A stretch of 64,000 nt of DNA, taken from Alphaproteobacteria bacterium (GTDB lineage Bacteria > Pseudomonadota > Alphaproteobacteria > JACZXZ01). Below the pieces are notes generated by a model. The model searched no databases. It had not been told where the DNA came from and saw nothing but the letters and a program-made list of their open reading frames with translations. Of this stretch, positions 10,471-19,196 are shown piece after piece. How positions within the stretch are numbered: the stretch's first letter is position 1; every line of letters starts with the position of its first letter. The stretch spans positions 101 through 64,100 of the forward strand of contig DATJLQ010000001.1 in the NCBI GenBank assembly GCA_035509415.1, read 5' to 3'. A program made the position numbers and the translations under genes.

Positions 10471-12867
10471 CTAGAATTCCTTGGTGATGCCGGCGAAGAA
10501 GGCGCGCCGAGGTCCGTACTGGGGCGCGAACACGCCGACGCCGGTGCCGCTACGGATTTGATAGGTCCGGTCGAACAGGTTGATGACGGTGAATTTGATC
10601 TCGAACGTGCCGAAGCTCTCGGTTGCGATCTTGTCCGAGGCGCCGACGTTCATCTGCCAATAGGGCGTCACGGTCGCGCCATTGGGCGTGTCGCCGTCCT
10701 CGCGCAGGCCGCTGCCGTAGAGCAAATCCGAGCTGAACCGGACCCCGTGCCATTTGTAGGCGGCGCCGCTCGAGGCGGTGATGAACTGGTCGTGGTCGAG
10801 CGGGATGAAGTGGGTCTGGATGTAGGCGAGATCGGACGCGGAGAAATTATACTGTCCCGAGACGATGTCCTTGCCCACCGCGTGGGAGAACGCGACGTTG
10901 CCGTAGGCCGAGAAATCGCCCTGGGTGTAGTTGGTCGTGAGCTCGACGCCGTATTGCCGCCCTTCGCGATAGTTGAACGGCGTGAGGATGACCGGCGCGC
11001 CGAACTGGCCCTCGTCGATCAAGTCGTGGGATTTCTTGAAGTAGGAATCGATGCCGGCGTCTAGGCCCGGCAGGATCTTCTGGGTGACGCCGCCATCGAA
11101 GTAGTGGGAGCGCTCGGCCTTGATCGACGAATCCTCCGTCACCTCGGGTGCTGCCGAAGTGTTGGCGAAGCTCGCCACGCTGGCGGCCGAGAACAGCTCG
11201 AAGGGCGGGGGCGTGAAGTAGCGCGCGTAGCCGACATGAAGCGTGGTCGCATCGATCGGCCGCCACACCACGTTGATGCGCGGGCTCAACTGATCGGCAT
11301 GGGTCACCGTGTCCACGCGGTCGGCGCGCCCGCCGTAATTGATCGTGAGGCGCGGGAACAGCCGCCATTCGTCCTGGAGATAGATGCTCTCGGTCCAGCC
11401 GGTCTTGCCTTCCTCGTCGAAGATGCTCTCGGGCGCGGTGCCGATCTGATTGCCGTTCGCGTCGGTCGGCACCACCGACGAGATCGTCTTCGAGATGCTG
11501 CGCTCGCCGGTCAGGAGGAAGCCGGAGCGCAAGGTATGGTCGTCGGCGATCCGGTAGCTGCCGTCGGTCTGGATGCCGCTCGCCTGGTCCTGGCGGTAGG
11601 CTTGCTGGGCGATGCCGTTATAGAGGAGATCGCCGACCTCGTCGGGAACGAAGTTCAGGCTGCTGTAACGGGTGAAGAAGGCGGTCTGGACGTCGACTTT
11701 GTCCCACGATTTCTGCAGCGCTGCGATGCCGAATTGCGTGATCTCGCGCTGGTTCTCGTCGAGCTGCGAGGAATCGAAGGTGGTCTGGCCGTTGACGTTC
11801 CATCCGAGGCTCGGCATCTGGCCCGGCGTGTTGGGAATCTCGAACTGGCTGCGCTCGGTGCCGAGCATCGCGCTGATGCGGCTGGTCGGATCGAGGATCG
11901 CCGAGAAATAGGCGAAGCCGTGGCCCTGCTCCGATTGGTCGTGAAGCGGGTTCGCGCCCGGCGTCGGCGATTCGATGCCGAGATCGTTCTGGAGATAGTC
12001 GCCCGTGACGTAGTAGTCGACCCGGCCGTAGGAGCCGCCATATTCGGCGCTCGGATGCAACGTCGAGCGGCTGCCGCCTTCCATGCTTACGCTGCCGCCC
12101 GGCTCGAACGCGCCGCTCTTGGTCCGGATGTCGATGATGCCGGCCGTGTCGAGGCCGTATTCGGCCGGCAAGGCGCCGGTGACGAGCTGGACCTGGTCGG
12201 CGAAGCGCGCGCTCAGCGCCTGGCCGAACACGCTCATCCCCTCGGGCAGGATGAAGCCGTTGATGCGGTACTGGAGCGCATTGTGCTCGCCCCGGATATG
12301 GAGCTGGCCGAAGGAATCCATGGCGACGCCGGGCGCTTGCAGCACGATCTGGTCCAAGGGATTGTCGGCGCCGAGCGGCTCCGCCGAAATCGCCTCCCGC
12401 GAGATCGTGTAGGTCGAAGCGCCGATCTGCGGCTCGATCCCCGCGCGCGCCTCGTCGAGGCGCTTTTCGGTGACGGCCAGATCGAGCGCTTGCTGCGCCG
12501 ACAGCACGAGCTCCACGCTTGCGACGCCGGAAGCGCTCACGGTCACGATCGTCGTCGCGGGCTCGAAGCCGGCCTTGCTGCCGACGACCGAGAGCACGCC
12601 GGGGGCGATACCGGAGACGCGGGCGGAGCCCTCCGGATCGGTCGCGGCGCGGCCCACGACCGCGCCGTCCGCCGATTGCACCTCGGTCTCGACGCCCGCA
12701 AGCGGCCGCCCGAGCGAATCCCGAGCCTCGATCTGGATCGCGCCGGTGGACCCCGGGCCGGCCGAGGCCCCGGGCGCCGCGCCGACAAGCCCCGCCGCCA
12801 AAAACACACACGCCGCGATCGTCCGCACCATCGGCATCGCGGCCACGCTCCCGCTCGTCGCTTTCAT
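10471..12867 (-). CDS. TonB-dependent outer-membrane receptor with N-terminal carboxypeptidase-regulatory-like extension (Zur-regulated, ZnuD-like candidate)
   Basis: 798 aa with signal peptide, an extra N-terminal beta-sandwich-like domain before the plug, a 22-strand barrel and C-terminal ...AGITKEF. GGGGGAG Shine-Dalgarno. Zur box 34 bp upstream. Confidence 0.9.
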   Translation of the reverse strand: MKATSGSVAAMPMVRTIAACVFLAAGLVGAAPGASAGPGSTGAIQIEARDSLGRPLAGVETEVQSADGAVVGRAATDPEGSARVSGIAPGVLSVVGSKAGFEPATTIVTVSASGVASVELVLSAQQALDLAVTEKRLDEARAGIEPQIGASTYTISREAISAEPLGADNPLDQIVLQAPGVAMDSFGQLHIRGEHNALQYRINGFILPEGMSVFGQALSARFADQVQLVTGALPAEYGLDTAGIIDIRTKSGAFEPGGSVSMEGGSRSTLHPSAEYGGSYGRVDYYVTGDYLQNDLGIESPTPGANPLHDQSEQGHGFAYFSAILDPTSRISAMLGTERSQFEIPNTPGQMPSLGWNVNGQTTFDSSQLDENQREITQFGIAALQKSWDKVDVQTAFFTRYSSLNFVPDEVGDLLYNGIAQQAYRQDQASGIQTDGSYRIADDHTLRSGFLLTGERSISKTISSVVPTDANGNQIGTAPESIFDEEGKTGWTESIYLQDEWRLFPRLTINYGGRADRVDTVTHADQLSPRINVVWRPIDATTLHVGYARYFTPPPFELFSAASVASFANTSAAPEVTEDSSIKAERSHYFDGGVTQKILPGLDAGIDSYFKKSHDLIDEGQFGAPVILTPFNYREGRQYGVELTTNYTQGDFSAYGNVAFSHAVGKDIVSGQYNFSASDLAYIQTHFIPLDHDQFITASSGAAYKWHGVRFSSDLLYGSGLREDGDTPNGATVTPYWQMNVGASDKIATESFGTFEIKFTVINLFDRTYQIRSGTGVGVFAPQYGPRRAFFAGITKEF

Positions 12868-12900
12868 GATCTCCCCCGGAAGGAATGCCCAACGACCGGG

Positions 12901-12917
12901 ATGTTATAGTATAACAT
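12901..12917. promoter_or_regulatory. Zur box (perfect 8-1-8 palindrome ATGTTATAgTATAACAT)
   Basis: Exact match to the widely conserved Zur operator ATGTTATAnTATAACAT. Lies between the divergent TBDR operon and the znuA-like operon. Confidence 0.8.
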
Positions 12918-12936
12918 TTTGCATCGGCAAGAGCTT

Positions 12937-12953
12937 TGTTATATTATTACACA
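12937..12953. promoter_or_regulatory. Possible second, degenerate Zur box
   Basis: TTGTTATATTATTACAC matches 14/17 of the Zur-box consensus. About 70 bp upstream of the znuA-like ATG. Confidence 0.4.
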
Positions 12954-13023
12954 TCAAGTCGCGCGCGCCGCTCGGAGGCGAGCGCACGGCACCAAACTTA
13001 TCGGCGTCCACAGGAGGGGCACG

Positions 13024-13935
13024 ATGCGACATTTCATCTTCGCAGCACTGGCCGGCGCGGTTATGATCGTCTCGACCGCGGTCGTCACGACGGCCGCGGC
13101 GCAGCCGGTCAACGCCGTCGGCGTGGAAAACGAATATGCCGACGTGATCGAGCAGATCGGCGGCAGTTATGTTAAGGTGAGCGCGATCGAAACCGATCCC
13201 AACACCGATCCGCACACCTTCGAGGCAAGCCCCAAGGTCGCGACCCAGATTTCGTCGGCTCAATTGATCGTCGAGAACGGCCTCGGCTACGATTCCTGGG
13301 CGGACAAGATCATCGCCGCGGCGCCCAACGCCAACCGCAAGGTGATCGTCGTCCAGCAATTGCTCGGTCTCCCCGACAGCACGCCGAACCCCCATTTGTG
13401 GTACGATCCGAAAGCGATGCCGGCCGTGGCGCAGGCAGTGGCGCAGGCCCTCGCAGCCCAACGGCCGGCGCAAGCGGCCTACTTCAAATCCAACGCGGAC
13501 AAATTCGTGGCATCGCTCAAGCCTTGGATGGCGGCCATCGCTTCGTTCAAGGCGGCGTACGGGCATACGCCGGTCGCGGTCACCGAGCCGGTTGCCGACT
13601 ACATGCTCGAAGCCATCGGCTGCGACATCCTGACGCCCTTCACGCTCCAGGCGGCGATCATGAACGGAACCGACCCCTCGCCCCAGGACGTGACCACGCA
13701 GAACGCCCTTTTCAACGAACACAAGGTCAAGGTCTTCGTCTATAATCAGCAGGTCACGGACACGCTGACCCAGGCGTTCCTCAACCTCGCCAAGAAGAAC
13801 GGCATACCCGTCGTCGGCGTCTACGAGACGATGCCGACCCCCGGCTACAACTACCAATCCTGGATGCTTGCGGAGGTCGTCGCCCTGCGCAAGGCGGTGA
13901 CCCTCAAAGCATCCACCGAGACGCTGATCAAGTGA
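13024..13935 (+). CDS. Metal ABC transporter substrate-binding protein (ZnuA/TroA/AztC cluster-9 family)
   Basis: Internal ATG (MRHFIFAALAGAVMIVS...) preceded by AGGAGG. Signal peptide and TroA-like fold motifs. No long His-rich loop. The six-frame ORF begins at a TTG at 12919 that overlaps the Zur box. Confidence 0.85.
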   Translation: MRHFIFAALAGAVMIVSTAVVTTAAAQPVNAVGVENEYADVIEQIGGSYVKVSAIETDPNTDPHTFEASPKVATQISSAQLIVENGLGYDSWADKIIAAAPNANRKVIVVQQLLGLPDSTPNPHLWYDPKAMPAVAQAVAQALAAQRPAQAAYFKSNADKFVASLKPWMAAIASFKAAYGHTPVAVTEPVADYMLEAIGCDILTPFTLQAAIMNGTDPSPQDVTTQNALFNEHKVKVFVYNQQVTDTLTQAFLNLAKKNGIPVVGVYETMPTPGYNYQSWMLAEVVALRKAVTLKASTETLIK

Positions 13936-14771
13936 AACCGGCAATCCTACATGATGGAGGCGAGATCCTCGCCGTCGACCGGGTGGGGGTCTCGCTCTCG
14001 GGGCGACAAATCCTCCAGGATGTGAGCTTCAAGTTAAGGCCCGGCGAGTTCTGCGGTCTGATCGGCATGAATGGCTCGGGCAAGACCACGCTCCTGCGCG
14101 CCATTCTCGGCTTTCTGACTCTGAGCGCGGGCAAAGTCAGGATCGACGGTCGCGGCGACGGCCCGGTCTCGGTCGGCTACGTTCCCCAGAAGATCTCGTT
14201 CGATTCCCACGTACCGCTGCGCGCGCGCGATCTGGTCGCGCTCGGCCTCGACGGTCATCGGCTCGGCATCCCGCTCCCCTCGAAGGCGCGCCGACGGCTG
14301 GTCGATGAGGCATTGCAGGAGGTGAACGCGGAGAGCTTCGCCGACCGTCGAGTCGGCAATCTCTCCGGCGGCGAGCAGCAACGGGTGCTGATCGCGCATG
14401 CCTTGATTCGCCGTCCGCGCCTGCTGTTGCTGGACGAGCCGCTCGCCAATCTCGACATTCGGGGTGTCGCCGAAATCGTCGCGGTCCTGCGCCGCCTATC
14501 CGTGGAGCACAAGATCGCGGTGCTGCTTTCCGCCCACGACATGAATCCGCTGCTCCCGGTCATGGATCGCATCGTGTATTTGGCCAGCGGCCGTGCGGCG
14601 AGCGGCCGGACGGACGAGGTCGTGCGAACCGAGGTGCTCAGCAAGCTCTACGGCTACCATATCGACGTCGTCCGCGTGCATGGCCGGGTCCTGGTGATCG
14701 CCGCCGGGGGCGCCGACGACATCCTCACGGCGGTCGCGGAAAATCCCGCGCACGTCGCCCAGATTCCGTGA
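13932..14771 (+). CDS. Metal ABC transporter ATP-binding protein (ZnuC-like)
   Basis: Walker A GMNGSGKTT, ABC signature LSGGEQQR, Walker B LLLLDEP. GTGA overlap with the SBP gene. Confidence 0.9.
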   Translation: MKPAILHDGGEILAVDRVGVSLSGRQILQDVSFKLRPGEFCGLIGMNGSGKTTLLRAILGFLTLSAGKVRIDGRGDGPVSVGYVPQKISFDSHVPLRARDLVALGLDGHRLGIPLPSKARRRLVDEALQEVNAESFADRRVGNLSGGEQQRVLIAHALIRRPRLLLLDEPLANLDIRGVAEIVAVLRRLSVEHKIAVLLSAHDMNPLLPVMDRIVYLASGRAASGRTDEVVRTEVLSKLYGYHIDVVRVHGRVLVIAAGGADDILTAVAENPAHVAQIP

Positions 14772-14777
14772 TCGGCC

Positions 14778-15689
14778 ATGAAATTCCTGCTCACGATGAT
14801 CTTCGCCCCAGGCTTCCTCACGAGCGAGCCCGTGCAAACCGCGATGATCGTCGGAGGCGGCGCCGCGCTCGTGTCGGGCGTGGTCGGCGTATTCGCGGTC
14901 ATGAGGGGTCAGTCCTTCGCCGGCCACGCGCTCGCCGACGTGACCAGCGCCGGCGGCGCGGCCTCGTTCCTCCTTGGCATCAATCCGCTGCTCGGATTCT
15001 TGTGCATGGCCGTGCTTGCCGCCGGAGGAATGGAGGCGGCCGGGGTTCGTCGCATCCGAGAGCGCGACCTCGTGACCGGCATCGTCCTGGGCGCAGGGCT
15101 CGGCGTTACCGCGCTGTTCTTGTACTTGGACGTCACCTTGGGGAGCACCACCGGAGCGGCAAACATGGTGATGTTCGGCTCGATGTTCGCCATCCCCGCC
15201 GAGACAATCCCGCTCGCCCTCGGAGTCGGCCTATGCGCGCTGGCGTCGGTCGCCGTCCTCTACCGCCCGTTGCTTCTGAGCTCGCTCAATCCGGAACTCG
15301 CCGAGGCCCGGGGGCTGCCGCTTCGGCTGATCGGATTCCTCCAGTTGCTGGCATTGGCCCTGGCCGTGTCGCTCTCCGCGATGACGATCGGCGCCATTCT
15401 GTCCACAGCGTTGTTGATCGGGCCGGCTGCGACGGCCTTGCGCGTGGCGCGGCGGCCTGGCTGGGCAATCGTGATCGCCGCCCTGGTCGGCCTCGGCGCC
15501 ACTTGGGGCGGGATTCTTCTCGCCTATGACAGTTTCTATTGGACGCCCGGGCACGGCTGGCCCGTGAGCTTCTTCGTCGTCACGCTCGTTTTCCTGGCCT
15601 ACCTGCTCGCGAGCCTCTCCGGGAGAAGGGGCGAACGGACGCGGGACGCGCCGAGCCACTCGGCACCCGGCGCGATGGGCAAGGCCTGA
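14778..15689 (+). CDS. Metal ABC transporter permease (ZnuB/TroC-like)
   Basis: 303 aa, 8-9 TM segments, ABC-3 family. Confidence 0.9.
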   Translation: MKFLLTMIFAPGFLTSEPVQTAMIVGGGAALVSGVVGVFAVMRGQSFAGHALADVTSAGGAASFLLGINPLLGFLCMAVLAAGGMEAAGVRRIRERDLVTGIVLGAGLGVTALFLYLDVTLGSTTGAANMVMFGSMFAIPAETIPLALGVGLCALASVAVLYRPLLLSSLNPELAEARGLPLRLIGFLQLLALALAVSLSAMTIGAILSTALLIGPAATALRVARRPGWAIVIAALVGLGATWGGILLAYDSFYWTPGHGWPVSFFVVTLVFLAYLLASLSGRRGERTRDAPSHSAPGAMGKA

Positions 15690-15691
15690 CC

Positions 15692-16513
15692 ATGTTCTCG
15701 GGCTTCATGATCAACACTTGGGTCGTGGCGAGCATCGTTGCGGCCGTTGCCGGCTGCGTCGGCTTCTTTGTGGTCATCCGGGGTTCCGCGTTCGCCGCTC
15801 ATGCATTGCCGCTCGGCGCCTTCCCCGGCGCAGCGGCGGCGAGCTTCATCGGCGTCAATCAATTCTTCGGGCTGATCGTGTTCGCCGGTCTCGGGATCGT
15901 CGGAATTCTCCAGCTCGGCCGCCGGGGACGGCCCGATGTCGCGACGGCACTTTCCCTGGTGACGCTCCTCGGGCTGGGAACGCTGTTCCTGAGCATGACC
16001 CGGGAATATTCTCAGGAAGTCTACGCCCTTCTCTTCGGGCAGGTCCTCGGCATCGGCGCCAAGGACTTCGCGCCGGTCGCGGCGGTGGGCGCGATCTCGG
16101 TCGCGGCCATCGTGACGCTGTTCCGGCCCCTCCTGCTCAACTCCCTATCGCCCGAGCTGGGGAATGCCAGGGGAGTGTCGGACCGCCGCTCGGAGCTCTG
16201 CTTTTTGATTATTCTGGCGCTCGCCACGACCGTGACGCTCCCGGTGGTGGGCGCACTCCTCGTTTTCAGCCTGATGGTCGGCCCGGCTTCCGCCGCGCGT
16301 TTCTTTACCGATCGGCCGCTCCACGCAATGCTCATCTCCATGGGCGTGGCGCTGGTCACTATGTGGTCTGCGATCGCCCTCTCTTACGTCTCGAACTGGC
16401 CCATAGGCTTTTTCGTCGGAAGCATGAGTGCCGTTTGCTACGGCGTCGGGCGAACCTGGGCCTGGGTCAGATTGAGCAAGCGGCAAGCGACGTTAGCGGC
16501 CGATCTGTCGTAA
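15692..16513 (+). CDS. Metal ABC transporter permease, second subunit (TroD-like)
   Basis: Internal ATG (MFSGFMINTWVVASIVAAV...) 3 nt after the previous stop. ABC-3 family, paralogous to the preceding permease. Confidence 0.85.
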   Translation: MFSGFMINTWVVASIVAAVAGCVGFFVVIRGSAFAAHALPLGAFPGAAAASFIGVNQFFGLIVFAGLGIVGILQLGRRGRPDVATALSLVTLLGLGTLFLSMTREYSQEVYALLFGQVLGIGAKDFAPVAAVGAISVAAIVTLFRPLLLNSLSPELGNARGVSDRRSELCFLIILALATTVTLPVVGALLVFSLMVGPASAARFFTDRPLHAMLISMGVALVTMWSAIALSYVSNWPIGFFVGSMSAVCYGVGRTWAWVRLSKRQATLAADLS

Positions 16514-16569
16514 ATCGAGGAAAGCGCCCGTCTAAAGACGCATGCCCGCGTCCACGCCGACGCTCGCCC

Positions 16570-17931
16570 TCACACCACCTTGGTCGCCGGCTTGCCTTGG
16601 AGATTTTCCTCCTCGGCGTAGGTGCGGCTCATGATCACGATCGCGACGCAGGCGAGCGCCAGCGGCAGCCCGCCCAGGAGGAAGATCGAGGCGGTCGGCC
16701 ATTTGAGCGAGATCAGGAACGCGGCCACGAGCGGCCCGACGATCGCACCCACGCGCCCGATGCCGAGGCACCAGCCGACCCCGGTCGAGCGCATCGCGGT
16801 CGGATAGAAGATGGCCGAGAGCGCGTTGGCGCAGTTCTGGCCGCCGATCACGCAGAAGCCGGCGCCGAAGGTGAGCAGCATCAGGACCGGCACGTCGGTG
16901 CCCGCGTGGCCGAGCACGATCACGAACACGCAGCCGAGCCCGAACATGAGCGGCAGCACGCGGAACGCGCCGTAGCGGTCCATCGGCATGCCGATAAGGA
17001 AGCTCGCGACGATGCCGCCGATCTGGAACAGCGTGCCGATGATGACCGCGGTCTGGACCGGCACGCCGGCGCCCGTGGTGATCGCGGGAATCCAGTTCTG
17101 CAGGAAGAAGAGATCGAGCAAATTCATGAAGAAGATGATCCACAGCAGGACCGTGCCGGCGCCGCGCGCGTTGCGGAACAGGTGTGCCACGGGCACGCCC
17201 GTGATGTTCGTCTCGCCGATGGTGAAGCGCGCGTCGGCGGCGAGCGCCAGGCGGGGATCGATGCGGCGCACGAGGGAGGCGATGCGCTCGCGCGCGGCGT
17301 TGGTCACCATGAGGAAGCGGATCGATTCCGGCAGTGCCGCGAATTGGAGCGGCAGCGTGATGAGCGGCAGGATTCCCCCCACGTACCAGACCACGCGCCA
17401 GCCATGCGTCGGGATCGCGTGGGCCGCGATGGCGCCCGCGGCGGCGGCGCCGAACGAGAAGCCGGTGAACATGATCATCACGAGGGTCGCGCGCCGGCGC
17501 TCGGGGCAATATTCGGCGGTGAGCGCGATGCAGTTGGGCATCGCCCCGCCGAGCCCGAAGCCGGTCAGGAGCCGGTAGATCAGGAGCTGGGTCAAATTGT
17601 CGGATGTCGCCGTGAGCAGCGTGAAGACGCCGAAGATCGCGGTGCAGATCAGGATCACCTTGCGCCGGCCGATCTTGTCGGCGACCACGCCGAACAGAAG
17701 CGCCCCCACGAGGAGACCCACCAGGCTCGCGGTGAAGACCGGCCCGAGGGTGAACTTGTCGAGGTGCCATTCCTTCGCGATCGACGGGGCGACGAAGGCG
17801 ATCGACTGGGCGTCGTACCCGTCGAGGAGCACGGTGAAGCCGCAGATGAGCACCACCCAAAGCTGGAAGCGCCCGAGCTTGCGCTCGTTGATGAAAGACG
17901 GAATGTCGATGACCGCGCCGTCGGCCGCCAT
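16570..17931 (-). CDS. MFS transporter, aromatic acid:H+ symporter (AAHS) family
   Basis: 454 aa from internal ATG (MAADGAVIDIPSF...), 12 TM segments, MFS motifs GRRKV and DRYG. Resembles PcaK/MhpT-type hydroxybenzoate transporters. Confidence 0.8.
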   Translation of the reverse strand: MAADGAVIDIPSFINERKLGRFQLWVVLICGFTVLLDGYDAQSIAFVAPSIAKEWHLDKFTLGPVFTASLVGLLVGALLFGVVADKIGRRKVILICTAIFGVFTLLTATSDNLTQLLIYRLLTGFGLGGAMPNCIALTAEYCPERRRATLVMIMFTGFSFGAAAAGAIAAHAIPTHGWRVVWYVGGILPLITLPLQFAALPESIRFLMVTNAARERIASLVRRIDPRLALAADARFTIGETNITGVPVAHLFRNARGAGTVLLWIIFFMNLLDLFFLQNWIPAITTGAGVPVQTAVIIGTLFQIGGIVASFLIGMPMDRYGAFRVLPLMFGLGCVFVIVLGHAGTDVPVLMLLTFGAGFCVIGGQNCANALSAIFYPTAMRSTGVGWCLGIGRVGAIVGPLVAAFLISLKWPTASIFLLGGLPLALACVAIVIMSRTYAEEENLQGKPATKVV

Positions 17932-18059
17932 GATCGCCTCCCCCAGTCGCGCCGGCGGCCCGTGGCCGATCCGGCTGCCATTGAGGCGCGCCTGCGCGCG
18001 CCCGTTTTGGAGCATTGTCGGCGATTAGGCGAGCGCGATCAAGCGCGCCGCGCGCACCC

Positions 18060-18977
18060 TCACGCCATCTTGTTCTCGAGCGTGCCGATGCCCTCGATCC
18101 AGAGCTTGACCGTGTCGCCGGGCTTCAGGAACTCGCGCCGCGCGGCGCCCACGCCCGACGGCGTGCCGGTCAAGATCAGGTCGCCCGGATAGAGTGTCAC
18201 GTAGGTCGAGAGCTGGGAGAGCTGCTCGGCGAGGGTGAAGATCATCTTCGCGGTGTTCGAATCCTGCTTGATCGCGCCGTTGACCCAGAGCTTGAGGTCG
18301 AGCGTCTGCGGATCGGCGATCGCGCGCGCGGGCACGATCCAGGGCCCGAGCGGGCACGCGCCGTCGAAGCATTTCTGCGCGACCCAGTCGTACTTGAAGG
18401 GCGAGCTGTCGGGGAGCGGATCGCGCTTCATCACGTCGCGCGCCGAAAGATCGTTCGCGATCGTGTAGCCCGCGACGTGGTCGAGGGCGCGCTCGAGCGG
18501 CACGCGCGTCGCGATGCGTCCGATCACCGCCACGAGCTCGACCTCCCAATCGACCGCCTTCGAGTGGGGCGGCAGCTTCACTTCCGCGCCCGGCCCGACG
18601 ATGGCGCGCGGCGACTTGATGAAATGCCAGGGCTTGAGGCCCACCTGGTGCGGATCGGGCGCCGGCGCGATCTTGTGCAGGTTCGCCATCTCCAGCATGT
18701 GGTCGGTGTAGTTGGCGCCGGCGCAATAGACGCACGAGGGGTAGAGCACGGGCGCGAGCAACGCCGCCTCGGTGAGCGGGATCGCCTTCCCCTTGGGCTT
18801 GGCGGCGGCGGCCGAAAGGCGCCCCTCGGCGCGGGCCCAATCCTCGAGGATGGCGAGCACGCTCGCGTCGGCCCCATTCCCGGTCGCGGCCGCCGCGTCG
18901 TAGACCGTGTCCCCCAGAACGAGGCCCGCGCGCGGGCCGGACGAGGTGCCGTAGGTCGCGAGCTTGTAGCTGGTCAT
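18060..18977 (-). CDS. Fumarylacetoacetate hydrolase (FAH) family protein
   Basis: 305 aa with an FAH-fold C-terminal domain and metal-binding motifs (WEVELVAVIG, FTLAEQLS...YPGDLILTGTPSGVG). Confidence 0.9.
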   Translation of the reverse strand: MTSYKLATYGTSSGPRAGLVLGDTVYDAAAATGNGADASVLAILEDWARAEGRLSAAAAKPKGKAIPLTEAALLAPVLYPSCVYCAGANYTDHMLEMANLHKIAPAPDPHQVGLKPWHFIKSPRAIVGPGAEVKLPPHSKAVDWEVELVAVIGRIATRVPLERALDHVAGYTIANDLSARDVMKRDPLPDSSPFKYDWVAQKCFDGACPLGPWIVPARAIADPQTLDLKLWVNGAIKQDSNTAKMIFTLAEQLSQLSTYVTLYPGDLILTGTPSGVGAARREFLKPGDTVKLWIEGIGTLENKMA

Positions 18978-19196
18978 GGGCGGGGCTCCTGGTTCGGGGC
19001 GGACTGGGGCGATGGGCGGAGGCGCGAGCCTATCCGCGCCCGCCGCTCCCGGTCAATCGCGCGGGGTGCCCAGCCGAACCCCCTCGAACCCGTTCCGCGG
19101 TTGGAGTAGTCTCGGCCTCCCGGGCGGCTCCCAGAACAACAACGAACGCGCCGCCTCGGAACGGACGCAAACCGCACTCGGGCGAAGGATCCTTCC

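Noticed and set aside
9350-10474. 374-aa plus-strand ORF opposite exbD/exbB
   Set aside because: Antisense artefact opposite genes with clear ExbB/ExbD signatures.
12919-13023. TTG-initiated 5' extension of the znuA-like ORF
   Set aside because: The extension would overlap the Zur box and has no signal-peptide logic. ATG 13024 has an AGGAGG Shine-Dalgarno and starts a canonical signal peptide.
15718-18192. 824-aa plus-strand ORF spanning the MFS transporter and FAH genes
   Set aside because: Arg/Gly/Asp-rich low-complexity translation, antisense to two well-supported genes. High-GC artefact.
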